Shown piece by piece: positions 13,501-27,029 of a stretch of DNA of 38,296 bases. The stretch is from positions 13,841-52,136 of the forward strand of contig NW_025214830.1 of the NCBI RefSeq assembly GCF_004010195.1, read 5' to 3'. This DNA comes from Chiloscyllium plagiosum. Taxonomy: Eukaryota. How positions within the stretch are numbered: the stretch's first letter is position 1; each line of letters opens with the position of its first letter. A program made the position numbers and the translations under genes. The notes under the pieces are model-generated. The model was not told where the DNA came from, did no database searches, and saw nothing but the letters and a program-made list of their open reading frames with translations.

Positions 13501-16500
13501 AGCGCGAGAGAAGCGTGTCTCGGTACAGGGCGAGGGAAGCGTTTCTCTGTATAGCGCGTGGGAAGCTAGTCCCAGTACAGCTCGAGGGAAGCGTGTCCGG
13601 TACAGTGCGAGGGAAGCATTTCTCAGTACAGCACGAGGGCAGCGTGTCCCGGTACAGCGCAAGGGAAGGGTGTCCCGGTACAGCGCAAGGGAAGCGTGTC
13701 CCGGTATAGCGTGAGGGAAGCGCGTCCCGGTACAGCGCGAGGTAAGTGAGTCCTGGTACAGCATGTGGGAAGTGTGTCCTGTTACAACACGAGGGAAGCG
13801 TGTCCTATACAGCGTGAGCGAAGCATGTCCCTGTATAGCATGAGAGCAGCACGTACCAGTACAGCACGAAGGAAGCATTTCTCAGTACAGCGTGAGGGCA
13901 GCGTGTCCCGGAAGAGCGTGAGGGAAATGTGTCCCGGTACAGCGTGAGGGAAGTGAGTCCCAGTACAGCGTGAGAGAAGTGTGTCCCAGTACAGTGTGAG
14001 AGAATTGAGACCCAGTACAGCACGAGGGAAGCGGTCCCGGTACAGAGTGAGGGAGGCATGTCTCGGTATAGCACGAGGGAAGCATGTCGTGGTACAGGGC
14101 GAGGGAAGCGTGTCCCGGTACGGCGCAAGGGAACGCATCCTGATAAAGCGCGAGGGGTGCATGTCTCGGTATAGCACGAGGGAAGCGTGTCCCAGTACAG
14201 CGAGTGCTAAGCGTTTCTCGGTACAGCGCGTGGGAAGCGAGTTCCAGTACAGCTTGAGGGAAGCATGTCCGGTACAGTGCGAGGGAAGCATATCCCTGTA
14301 TAGCGCGAGGGAAGCGCATCCAGTACAGTGTGAGGGAAGCATTTCTCGGTACAGCACGAGGGCAGCATGTCCCGGTACAGCGCGAGGGATGCGAGTCCCG
14401 GTACAGCGCGAGGGAAGCGAGTCCCGGTACAGCGCGTGGGAAGCGTTTCTCGGTACAGCACGTGGGAAGCGAGTTCCAGTACAGCTCGAGGGAAGCGTGT
14501 CTGGTACAGTGCGAGCGAAGCATGTCCCTGTATGGCACGAGGGAAGAGCATCCGGTACAGTATGAGGGAAGCATTTCTCGGTACAGCACGAGGGCAGCGT
14601 GTCCCGGTAGGCGAGGGAAGCGTTTCTCTGTATAGCGCGTGGGAAGCGAGTCCCAGTACAGCTCGAGGGAAGCGCGTCCGGTACAGTGCGAGGGAAGCAT
14701 TTCTCAGTACAGCACGAGGGCAGCGTGTCCCGATACAGCGCAAGGGAAGCGTGTCCCGGTATAGCGTGAGGGAAGCGCGTCCCGATACAGCGCGAGAGAA
14801 GCGTGTCTCGGTACAGGGCGAGGGAAGCGTTTCTCTGTATAGCGCGTGGGAAGCGAGTCCCAGTACAGCTCGAGGGAAGCGTGTCCGGTACAGTGCGAGG
14901 GAAGCATTTCTCAGTACAGCACGAGGGCAGCGTGTCCCGGTACAGCGTGAGGGAAGCGCGTCCCGGTACAGCGCAAGGTAAGTGAGTCCTGGTACAGCAT
15001 GTGGGAAGTGTGTCCTGTTACAACACGAGGGAAGCGTGTCCTATACAGCGTGAGGGAAGCATGTCCCTGTATAGCATGAGAGCAGCACGTACCAGTACAG
15101 CACGTGGGAAGCATTTCTCAGTACAGCGTGAGGGCAGCGTGTCCCGGTACAGCGTGAGGGAAATGTGTCCCGGTACAGCGCGAGGGAAGTGAGTCCCAGT
15201 ACAGCATGAGAGAAGTGTGTCCCAGTACAGTGTGAGGGAAGTGAGACCCAGTACAGCACGAGGGAAGCGGTTCCGGTACAGAGCGAGGGAGGCATGTCTC
15301 GGTATAGCACGAGGGAAGCATGTCGTGGCACAGGGCGAGGGAAGTGTGTCCCGGTACGGCGCAAGGGAACGCATCCTGATAAAGCGCGAGGGTTGCATGT
15401 CTCGGTATAGCACGAGGGAAACGTGTCTAAGTACAGCACGAGGGAAACGTGTCCTGGTACAGCGCGAGGGAAGCGTGTCCCAGTACAGCGAGTGGTAAGC
15501 GTTTCTCGGTACAGCGCGTGGGAAGCGAGTTCCAGTACAGCTTGAGGTAAGCATGTCCGGTAAAGTGCGAGGGAAGCATATCCCTGTATAGCGCGAGGGA
15601 AGCGCATCAGGTACAGTATGAGGGAAGCATTTCTCGGTACAGCACGAGGGCAGCGTGTCCTGGTACAGCGCGAGGGAAGCGTGTCCCGGTACAGCGCGAG
15701 GGAAGCGTGTCCCGGTACAGGGCGAGGGAAGTGAGTCCCGGTACAGCGTGAGGGATGCGAGTCCCGGTACAGCGCGAGGGAAGCTTGTCCCGGTACAGGG
15801 CGAGGGAAGCGTTTCTCGGTACAGCGCATGGGAAGCGAGTTCCAGTACAGCTCGAGGGAAGCATGTCCGGTACAGTGCGAGCGAAGCATGTCCCTGTATG
15901 GCACGAGGGAAGAGCATCCGGTACAGTGTGAGGGAAGCATTTCTAGCGTGAGGTAAGCATGTCCCTGTATAGCATGAGGGAAGCAGGTCCCAGCACAGCG
16001 TGAGGGAAGCGTTTCCCGGTACAGCGCGAGGAAAGCGCGTCCCGGTACAGCGCGAGGGAAGCGAGTCCTGGTGCAGCGCGAGGGAAGCGAGTCCCGGTAC
16101 AACCTGAGGGAAGCGCATCCCGGTATAGCGTGAGGGCAGCATGTCATGTACAGCGCGTGGCAAGCACGTCTCGATACAGTGTGAGGGAAGCGTCTCCCAG
16201 TACAGCGTGAGGGACGTGAGTCCCAGTACAGCGTGAGGGAAGCGTGTCCCGGTACAGCACGAGGGAAGCGTGTCTTGCTACAGCGCGTGGGAAGTGAGTC
16301 CCGGTACAGCGTGAGGAAAGTGAGTCCCAGTACAGCTTGAGGGAAGTGAGTCCCGGTACAGCGTGTGGGAAGCATTTCTCGCTACAGCGCGAGGGCAGCG
16401 TGTTCCGGTACAGCGCGAGGGAAGCGTGTCCCGGTACAGTGCAATGGAAGTGAGTCCCGGTACAGCGTGAGGGAAGTGTGTGCTGGTACAGTGCAAGGGA

Positions 16501-17565
16501 AGCACGTCCCGGTACAGCGCGAGGGAAGTGAGTCCCGGTACAGCGCGAGGGAAGTGAGTACTGGTACAGCGTGAGGGCAGCGTGTCCTGTTACAACACGA
16601 GGGAAGCGTTTCTCAGTACAGCGCGAGGGAAGCGTTTCCCGGTCCAGCGCGAGGGAAGCGCATCCTGGTACAGCATGAGGGCAGCGTGTCATGGTACAGC
16701 GTGAGGGAGGCGTGTCCCGGTACAGCACGAGGGAAGCGTGTCTCGGTCCAGCACGATGGCAGCGTGACCCGGCCCAGCGCCAGGGAAGCATGTCCCGGTA
16801 TAGTGCAAGGGAAGCGCGTCCTGGTACAGCGCGAGGTAAGTGAGTCCTGGTACAGCATGTGGGAAGTGTGTCCTGTTACAACACGAGGGAAGCGTGTCCT
16901 ATACAGAGTGAGGGAAGCGTGTCCCTCTAAAGCATGAGAGAAGCACATCCCAGTACAGCACGAAGGAAGCGTTTCTCAGTACAGTGTGAGGGCAGCGTGT
17001 CCCGGTACAGCGTGAGGGGAGTGAGTCTTGGTACAGGTTGAGGGAAGTGTGTCCCGGTACAGCGCGAAGAAAGCGCGACCCGGTACAGTGTGAGAGAAGT
17101 GAGACCCAGTACAGCACGAGGGAAGCGGTCCCGGTACAGAGTGAGGAAGGCATGTCTCGAGAGAAACGAGGGAAGCATGTTGTGGTACAGCGCGAGGGAA
17201 GCGTGTCCCGTTACAGCGCAAGGGAACGCATCCTGGTACAGCGCGAGGAGTGCATGTCTCAGTATAGCACGAGGGAAACGTGTCTCGGTACAGCGCGAGG
17301 GAAATGTGTCCCGGTACAGCGCGAGGGAAGCGTGTCCCAGTACAGCACGAGGGAAGCGCGTCCCGGTAAAGCGCGAGAGAAGCGTGTCTCGGTACAGGGC
17401 GAGGGAAGCGTTTCTCTGTATAGCACGTGGGAAGCGAGTCCCAGTACACCTCGAGGGAAGCGTGTCCGGTACAGTGCGAGGGAAGCATTTCTCAGTACAG
17501 CACGAGGGCAGCGTGTCCCGGTACAGCGCAAGGGAAGCGTGTCCCGGTATAGCGTGAGGGAAGCG

Positions 17566-17650
17566 NNNNNNNNNNNNNNNNNNNNNNNNNNNNNNNNNNN
17601 NNNNNNNNNNNNNNNNNNNNNNNNNNNNNNNNNNNNNNNNNNNNNNNNNN
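17566..17650. other. assembly gap (85 N)
   Basis: Run of N; it roughly coincides with a change in satellite variant repertoire. Confidence 0.99.
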
Positions 17651-20600
17651 GGTACAGCGTGAGGGAAATGTGTCCCGGTGCAGCACGAGGGAAGTGTGTC
17701 CCGGTGCAGCGTGAGGGAAGCGCTTCCCGGTACAGCGTGAGGGCAGCGTGTCCCAGTATAGCTCAAGGGATGTGTGTCCCGGTACAGCACAAGGGAAGCG
17801 TATCTCGGAACAGCGCAAGGGAACTGAGTCCTGGTACAGCTGAGGGAAGCGTGTCCCAGTACAGCATGAGGGAAGTGAGTCCCGTTACAGCGCGAGGGAA
17901 GTGTGTCCTGGTACAGCGTGAGGGAGGCACGACTCGGTATTGCACGAGGGAAGCATGTCATGGTACAGCGCGAGGGAAGTGTGTCCCGGTACAGCGCGAG
18001 GGAAATGAGTCCTGGTACAGCGTGAGGAAAATGTGTCCCAGTACAACGCGAGGGAAGCGTGTCCTGTACAGCGCGAGGGAAGCGAGTCCCGGTACAGCGC
18101 AAGAGAAGTGAGTCTTGGTACAGCTTGAGGTAAGTGTGTCCCGGTACAGCGCGAAGAAAGCGCGACCCGGTACAGTGTGAGGGAAGTGAGACCCAGTACA
18201 GCACGAGGGAAGCGGTCCCGGTACAGAGTGAGGGAGGCATGTCTCGGTATAGCACGAGGGAAGCATGTCCCGGTACAGGGCGAGGGAAGGTCCCGATACA
18301 GCGCGAGGGAAGTGTGTCCCAGTACAGCGCGAGGGATGCGCATCCCGATACAGCGCGAGGGAAGTGAGTCCCGGTACAGCGTGAGAGAAGCGCATCCCGA
18401 TACAGTGCGAGGGAAGTGTGTCCCAGTACAGCGCGAGGGATGCGCATCCCGATACAGCGCGAGGGAAGTGAGTCCCGGTACAGCGTGAGAGAAGCGCATC
18501 CCGATACAGTGCGAGGGAAGTGTGTCCCAGTACAGCGTGAGGGAAGTGAGTCCCAGTACAGCACGACGGAAGCGTGTCCCGGTACAACATGAGGGACGTA
18601 TGTCTCAGTATAGCACAAAGGAAGCATGTCGCGGTACAGCACGAGGGAAGCACGTCCCGGTATAGCGCGAGGGAAGCGTTTCTCGTTATAGTGTGAGGGA
18701 AGCATGTCCCGGTACAGCGCGAGGGAAGCAAGTCCCGGCACAGCACGAGGGAAGCGTGTCCTGGCACAGCACGAGGGAAGCATGTCACTAGATAGTGCGA
18801 AGGTAGCGCGTCCAAATACAGTGTGAGGGAAGTGAGTCCCAGTGCAGTGTGAGGGAAGCGTTTCTCGGTACAGCATGAGGGAAGCGTGTGCTGGTACAGC
18901 GCGAGGGGAGAGCGTCCCGGTACAGCGTGAGGAAAATGTTTCCCAATACAGCACGAGGAGAGTGAGTTCCGGTACAGCATGAGGGAAGTGTGTCCCGGTA
19001 CAGCACGAGGGAAGCATGTCCTGTACAGCGCAAGGGAAGTGTTTCCCAGTATAGCACAAGGGAAGCCCGCATCCCAGTACAGCGCGAGGGAAATGTTTCT
19101 CGGTACAGTGTGAGTGAACCGTGTCCCGCTACAGTGCGAGGGAAGCGCTTCCCAGTACAGCGTGAGGGAAGTGTGTCCTGGTACAGCCTGAGGGAAATGT
19201 GTCCCGGTGCAGCACGAGGAAAGTGTGTCCCGGTGCAGCGTGAGGGCAGCGTGTCCCAGTATAGCACGAGGGAAGCGCTTCCCGGTACAGCGTGAGGGCA
19301 GCGTGTCCCTGTACAGCGCGAGGGATGTGTGTCCCGGTACAGCGCGAGGAAAGCATGTCCTGTACAGTGCGAGGGAAGAGTTTCCCAGTATAGCACGAGG
19401 GAAGTGCATCCCAGTACAGTGTGAGGGAAGTGTGTCTCGGTACAGTGCGAGAGAAGCGCTTCCCGGTACAGTGTGAGGGAAGTGTGTCCCGGTGCAGCGT
19501 GAGGGCAGCGTGTCCCAGTATAGCGTGAGGGAAGCGCTTCCTGTTACAGCGTGAGGGCAGCATGTCCCAGTAAAGCTCAAGGGATGCGTGTCCACGTACA
19601 GCACGAGGGAAGCGTATCTCGGAACAGCACGAGGGAGCTGAGTCCTGGAACAGCGTGAGGGAAGTGTGTCCCAGTTCAGCATGAGGGAAGTGTGTCCCAG
19701 TACAGCGCGTGGGAAGCGTTTCTCGGTACAGCGCGAGAGAAGCAAGTCCAGGTACAGCGTGAGGGAAGCGTGTCCGGCACAGTGCGAGGGAGGCGAGTCC
19801 CTGTATAGCGCGTGGGAAGCGCGTCCAGTACAGTGTGAGGGAAGTGAGTCCCGGTACAGCGTGAGGGAAGCATTTCTCGGTACAGCGCGTGGGCAGCGTG
19901 TCCCGGTACAGCGCAAGGGAAGCGTGTCCCGGTACTGCGTGAGGGAAGTGTGTCCCGGTACAGCACGAGGGAAGCGCTTCCTGGTACAGCGTGTCCTGGT
20001 ACAGCGTGAGGGAAGTGTGTCCCGGTACAGCGCGAGGGAAGTGAGTTCCGGTACAGAGTGAGGGCATCGTGTCCCGGTACAGCGCGAGGGAAGTGAGTCC
20101 CGGTACAGCGCAAGGGAAGCGTGTCCTGATACAGCACAAGGGAAGCATGTCCCGGTACAGTGCAAGGGAAGCGTATCCCAGTACAGCGTGAGGGAAGTGA
20201 GTCCCAGTACAGCACAAGGGAAGCGTGTCCCGGTACAGCGTGAGGGAGGCATGTCTCAGTATAGCACAAGGGAAGCATGTCGTGGTACAGCGCGAGGGAA
20301 GCATGTTGTGGTATAGCGCGAGGGAAGAATATCTCGGTATAGCACGAGGGAAATGTGTTTCGGTACAGCGCGAGGGAAACGTGTCCCGGTACAGCGAGAG
20401 GGAAGCGAGTCCCCGAACAGCGTGAGGGAGCGCGAGGGAAGCGTGTCCCAGTACAGCATGAGGGAAGTGTGTCTGAGTACAACGAGAGGGAAGTGAGTCC
20501 CAGTACAGCGTGAGGGAAGTGTGTCCCAGTACAGTGTGAGGGAGGTGAGTCCCGGTACAGTGAGAGGGAAACGTGTCCCAGTACAGCGCAATGGAAGTGA

Positions 20601-23600
20601 GTCCCGGTACAGCGTGAAGGAAGTGTGTCCCGGTACAGCGTGAGGGAAGCGCATCCTGGTACAGCGTGAGGGAAGCATGTCTCGGTATAGCACGAGGGAA
20701 ACGTGTCGCGGTAAAGTGCGAGGGAAGCATGTCCTGGTACGGTGCAAGGGAAGCGCGTCCCAGTACAGTGCGAGGGAAGCAAGTCCCGGTACAGTTCGAG
20801 GAAAGCGCATCCGGTACCGTGAGGGAAGTGAGTCCTGGTACAGGGCACGGGAAGCATTTCTCGCTAAAGTGCGAGGGCAGCGTGTCCTGGTACAGCGCGA
20901 GGGAAGCGTGTCGCAGTACAGCACGAGGGAAGCGTGTCCCAGTACAGCGCGAGGGAAGCGTGTCCCGGTACAGTGCGAGGGAAGTGAGTCCCGGTACAGC
21001 GTGAGGGAAGCATGTCCCGGTACAGCACGAGGGAAGCATGTCCTGTACAGCGCAAGGGAAGTGTTTCCCAGTATAGCACGAGGGAAGCGCATCCCAGTAC
21101 AGTGTGAGGGAAGTGTTTCTCGGTACAGTGTGAGGGAAGCGTGTCCCGGTACAGTGCGAGGGAAGCGCTTCCCGGTACAGCGTGAGGGAAGTGTGTCCTG
21201 GTACAGCGTGAGGAAAATGTGTCCCGGTGCAGCACGAGGGAAGTATGTCCCAGTGCAGCGTGAGGGCAGCGTGTCCCAGTATAGCATGAGGAAAGCGCTT
21301 CCCAGTACAGCGTGAGGGCAGCGTGTCCCAGTAAGCACGAGGGAAACATGTCGTGGTACAGCGCGAGGGAAGCGTGTCCCGGTACAGCGCAAGGAAACGC
21401 ATCCTAGTATAGCGCGAGGGAAGCATGTCTCGGTATAGCACGAGGGAAACGTGTCGCGGTACAGTGCGAGGGAAGCGTGTCCCAGTACAGCGTGTGAGAA
21501 GCGTGTCCCGGTACAGCACGAGGGAAGCATGTCCTGTACAGCATGAGGGAAGTGTTTCCCTGTATAGCATGAGGGAAGTGCATCCCAGTACAGCGCGAGG
21601 GGAGTGTTTCTCGGTACAGTGTGAGGGAAGCATGTCCCGGTACAGTGCGAGGGAAGCGCTTCCCGGTACAGCGTGAGGGAAGTGTGTCCTTGTACAGCAT
21701 CAGAGAAATGTGTCCCGGTGCAGCACGAGGGAAGTGTGTCCCGGTGCAGCGTGAGGGCAGCGTGTCCCAGTATAGCATGAGGGAAGCGCTTCCCGGTACA
21801 GCGTGAGGGCAGCGTGTCCCAGTACAGCTCAATGGATGTGTGTCCCGGTACAGCACGAGGGAAGCGTATCTCGGAACAGCGCGAGTGAACTGAGTCCCGG
21901 TACAGCTGAGGGAAGTGTGTCCCAGTACAGCATGAGGGAAGCGTGTCCCAGTACAGCGCGTGGGAAGCGTGTCCCTGTACAGCGTGAGGGAAGCGTTTCC
22001 CGATACAGCGTGAGGGAAGCATGTCCCTGTATAGCGCGAGGGAAGCGTGTCCCTGTACAGCGCGAGGGAAGTGTGTCCCTGTACAGAACGAGGGAAGCGT
22101 GTCCCGGTACAGTGTGACAGAGGCATGTCTCGGTATAGCACGAGGGAAACGTGTCGCGGTACAGCGCGAGGGAAGCGTGTCCCAGTACAGCGTGAGCGAA
22201 GTGTGTCCCGGTACTGCACGAGGGAAGCATGTCCTGTACAGCGCGAGGGAAGTGTTTCCCAGTATAGCACGAGGGAAGCGCATCCCAGTACAGCGCGAGG
22301 GAAGTGTGTCCCGGTACAGCACGAGGGAAGCGTGTCCCGGTACAGTGTGACGGAGGCATATCTCGGTATAGCACGAGGGCAGCATGTCGTGGTACAGCGC
22401 GAGGGAAGCGTGTCCCGGTACAGCGCAAGGGAACGCATCCTGGTACAGCGCGAGGGAAGCATGTCTCGGTATAGCACGAGGGAAACGTGTCGCGGTACAG
22501 CGCGAGGGAAGCGCTTCCCGGTTCAGCACGAGAGAAGCGAGTCTCGGTACAGGGCGTGGGAAGCGTTTCTCGGTACAGCGCGAGGGAAGCAAGTCCAGGT
22601 ACAGCTCGAGGGAAGCATGTCCAGTACAGTGCGGGGGAGGCGTGTCCCTGTATAGCACGTGGGAAGCGCGTCCAGTACAGTGTGAGGGAAGTGAGTCCCG
22701 GTACAGCGTGAGGGAAGCATTTCTCGGTATAGCGCGAGGGCAGCGTGTCCCGGTACAGCGCAAGGGAAGCGTGTCCCGGTACAGCGCGAGGGAAGCGCTA
22801 CCCAGAACAGCACGAGGGAAGTGAGTCCTGGTACAGCGTGAGGGAAGTGTGTCCCAGTACAGCACGAAGGAAGCACTTTCTGGTACAGCGTGAGGGAAGT
22901 GTGTCCCGGTACAGCGAGAGGGAAGTGCTTCCCTTTACAGTGTGAGGGAAGTGTGTCCTGGTACAGTGCGAGGGAAGCGCTTCCCGGTACAGTGTGAGGG
23001 AAGTGTGTCCTGGTACAGCGTGAAGGCAGCGTGTCCCAGTATAGCGTGAGGGAGGCATGTCTCGGTATAGCACGAGGGAAACGTGTCACTGTACAGCTCG
23101 CGCTAAGCGCGTCCTGGTACAGTGCAAGAGACGCGCGTCCCTGTACAGCGCGAGGGAAGTGTATCCCGGTACAGCGCAAGGGAAGCTCATCCTGGTACAG
23201 CGTGAGGGAAGCATGTCTCGGTATAGCACGAGGGAAGCATGTCGCGGTACAGTGCGAGGGAAGCATGTCCTGGTACAGTGCAAGGGAAGCACGTCCCAGT
23301 ACAGCGCGAGGGAAGCAAGTCCCAGTACAGCTCGAGGAAAGCGCATCCGGTACCGTGAGGGAAGTGAGTCCTGGTACAGGGCACGGGAAGCATTTCTCGC
23401 TAAAGTGCGAGGGCAGCGTGTCCTGGTACAGCGCGCGGGAAGCATATCGCAGTACAGCACGAGGGAAGCGTGTCCCGGTACAACGCGAGGGAAGCGTGTC
23501 TCAGTACAGCGCGAGGGAAGCGAGTCCCGGTACAGCGTGAGGGAAGCATGTCCCGGTACAGTAGGAGGGAAGCATGTCCTGTACAGCGCAAGGGAAGTGT

Positions 23601-25663
23601 TTCCCAGTATAGCACGAGGGAAGCGCATCCCAGTACAGCGCGAGGGAAGTGTTTCTTGGTACAGTGTGAGTGAAGCGTGTCCCGGTACAGTGCGAGGGAA
23701 GCGCTTCCCGGTACAGCGTGAGGGAAGTGTGTCCTGGTACAGCGTGAGGAAAATGTGTCCCGGTGCAGCACGAGGGAAGTGTGTCCCGGTGCAGCGTGAG
23801 GGCAGCGTGTCCCAGTATAGCATGAGGAAAGCGCTTCCCAGTACAGCGTGAGGGCAGCGTGTCCCAGTACGAGGGAAGCGTATCTCGGAACAGCGCGAGG
23901 GAGCTGAGTCCCTGTACAGCGTGAGGGAAGTGTGTCCCGATACAGCATGAGGGAAGCGTATCCCTGTACAGCGCGAGGGATGTGTGTCCCGGTACTGCAC
24001 GAGGGAAGCGTGTCCCGATACAGCGCGAGGGAAGCGGTACCGGTACAGTGTGACGGAGGCATATCTCGGTATAGCACGAGGTAAGCATGTCGTGGTACAG
24101 CGCGAGGGAAGCGTGTCCCGGTACAGCGCAAGGAAACGCATCCTAGTATAGCGCGAGGGAAGCATGTCTCGGTATAGCACGAGGGAAACGTGTCGCGGTA
24201 CAGTGCGAGGGAAGCATGTCCTGGTACAGTGCAAGGGAAGCGCGTCCCAGTACAGCGCGAGGGAAGCAAGTCCCGGTACAGCTCGAGGGAAGCGCGTCCG
24301 GTACCGTGTGAGGGAAATGAGTCCTGGTACAGGGCGCGGGAACATTTCTCGCTAAAGTGCGAGGGCAGCGTGTCCTGGTACAGCGCGAGGGAAGCATATC
24401 GCAGTACAGCACGAAGGAAGCGTGTCCCGGTACAGCGCGAGGGAAGCGTGTCCCAGTACAGCGCGAGGGAAGCGAGTCCCGGTACAGCATGAGGGAAGTG
24501 TGTCCCGGTACAGCACGAGGGAAGCATGTCCTGTACAGCGCAAGGGAAGTGTTTCCCAGTATAGCACAAGGGAAGCCCGCATCCCAGTACAGCGCGAGGG
24601 AAATGTTTCTCGGTACAGTGTGAGTGAACCGTGTCCCGCTACAGTGCGAGGGAAGCGCTTCCCAGTACAGCGTGAGGGAAGTGTGTCCTGGTACAGCCTG
24701 AGGGAAATGTGTCCCGGTGCAGCACGAGGAAAGTGTGTCCCGGTGCAGCGTGAGGGCAGCGTGTCCCAGTATAGCACGAGGGAAGCGCTTCCCGGTACAG
24801 CGTGAGGGCAGCGTGTCCCAGTACAGCTCAAGGGATGCGTGTCCCGGTACAGCACGAGGGAAGCGTATCTCGGACCAGCGCGAGGGAGCTGAGTCCCGGT
24901 ACAGCGTGAGGGAAGTGTGTCCCAGTACAGCATGAGGGAAACGGATCCCAGTACAACGCGTGGGAAGCATGTCCCTGTACAGCACGAGGGAAGCGTGTCC
25001 CGATACAGCGTGAGGGAAGCGTGTTCCTGTACAGCACGAGGGAAGCGTGTCCCGATACAGCGTGAGGGAAGCGTGTCCCTGTACAGCGCGAGGGATGTGT
25101 GTCCCGGTACAGCGCGAGGGAAGCGTGTCCCGATACAGCGTGAGGGAAGCGTGTCCCTGTATAGCGCGAGGGAAGTGTATCCCAGTACAGCATGAGGAAA
25201 GTGTGTCCCGGTACAGCGCGAGGGAAGTGAGTCCCGGTACAGCATGAGGGAGGCATGTCTCGGTATAGCACGAGGGAAGCATGTCGTGGTACAGCGCGAG
25301 GGAAGCGTGTCCCGGTACAGCGGAAGGGAACGCATCCTGGTACAGCGCGAGGGAAGCATGTCTCGGTATAGCACGAGGCAAACGTGTCGCGGTACAGCAC
25401 GAGGGAAGCGTGTCCCAGTACAGCCTGAGGGAAGCGTGTCCCGGTACAGCACAAGGGAAGCATGTCCTGTACAGCGCGAGGGAAGTGCTTCCCAGTATAG
25501 CACGAGGGAAGCGCTTCCCAGTACAGCGCGAGGGAAGTGTTTCTCGGTACAGTGTGAGGGAAGCATGTCTCGGTACAGTGTGAGGGAAGTGCTTCCCAGT
25601 ACAGTGTGAGGGAAGTGTGTCCTGGTACAGCGTGAGGGAAATGTGTTCCGGTGCAGCACGAGG

Positions 25664-26336
25664 NNNNNNNNNNNNNNNNNNNNNNNNNNNNNNNNNNNNN
25701 NNNNNNNNNNNNNNNNNNNNNNNNNNNNNNNNNNNNNNNNNNNNNNNNNNNNNNNNNNNNNNNNNNNNNNNNNNNNNNNNNNNNNNNNNNNNNNNNNNNN
25801 NNNNNNNNNNNNNNNNNNNNNNNNNNNNNNNNNNNNNNNNNNNNNNNNNNNNNNNNNNNNNNNNNNNNNNNNNNNNNNNNNNNNNNNNNNNNNNNNNNNN
25901 NNNNNNNNNNNNNNNNNNNNNNNNNNNNNNNNNNNNNNNNNNNNNNNNNNNNNNNNNNNNNNNNNNNNNNNNNNNNNNNNNNNNNNNNNNNNNNNNNNNN
26001 NNNNNNNNNNNNNNNNNNNNNNNNNNNNNNNNNNNNNNNNNNNNNNNNNNNNNNNNNNNNNNNNNNNNNNNNNNNNNNNNNNNNNNNNNNNNNNNNNNNN
26101 NNNNNNNNNNNNNNNNNNNNNNNNNNNNNNNNNNNNNNNNNNNNNNNNNNNNNNNNNNNNNNNNNNNNNNNNNNNNNNNNNNNNNNNNNNNNNNNNNNNN
26201 NNNNNNNNNNNNNNNNNNNNNNNNNNNNNNNNNNNNNNNNNNNNNNNNNNNNNNNNNNNNNNNNNNNNNNNNNNNNNNNNNNNNNNNNNNNNNNNNNNNN
26301 NNNNNNNNNNNNNNNNNNNNNNNNNNNNNNNNNNNN
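25664..26336. other. assembly gap (673 N)
   Basis: Run of N with satellite on both sides. Confidence 0.99.
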
Positions 26337-27029
26337 GGTACAGCGCGAGGGAAGCATGTCCCGGTACAGCGCGAGGGAAGCATGTCCCGGTACAGTGCGA
26401 GGGAAGCGCTTCCCGGTACAGCGTGAGGGCAGCGTGTCCCAGTACAGCTCAAGGGATGCGTGTCCCGGTACAGCACGAGGGAAGTGTATCTCAGAACAGC
26501 GCGAGTGAACTGAGTCCCGGTACAGCTGAAGGAAGTGTGTCCCAGTACAGCATGAGGGAAGCGTGTCCCAGTACAGCGCGTGGGAAGCGTGTCCCTGTAC
26601 AGCGTGAGGGAAGTGTGTCCCGATACAGCGCGAGGGATGTGTGTCCCGGTACAGTGTGACGGAGGCATGTCTCGGTATAGCACGAGGGAAGCATGTCATG
26701 GTACAGCGCGAGGGAAGCGTGTCCCGGTACAGCGCAAGGGAATGCATCCTAGTACAGCGCGAGGGAAGCATGTCTCGGTATAGCACAAGGGAAACGTGTC
26801 ACGGTACAGCGCGAGGGAAGCGTGTCCCAGTACAGCGTGAGGGAAGTTTGTCCCGGTACAGCACGATGGAAGTGAGTCCCGGTACAGCGCGAGGGAAGTG
26901 TGTCCCGGTACATCGTGAGGGAAGTGTATCCCGGTACAGCGCGATGGAAGTGAGTCCCGGTACAGCGCGATGGAAGTGAGTCCCGGTACAGCGTGAGGGA
27001 AGCGTGTCCCGGTACAGCGCGAGGGAAGT

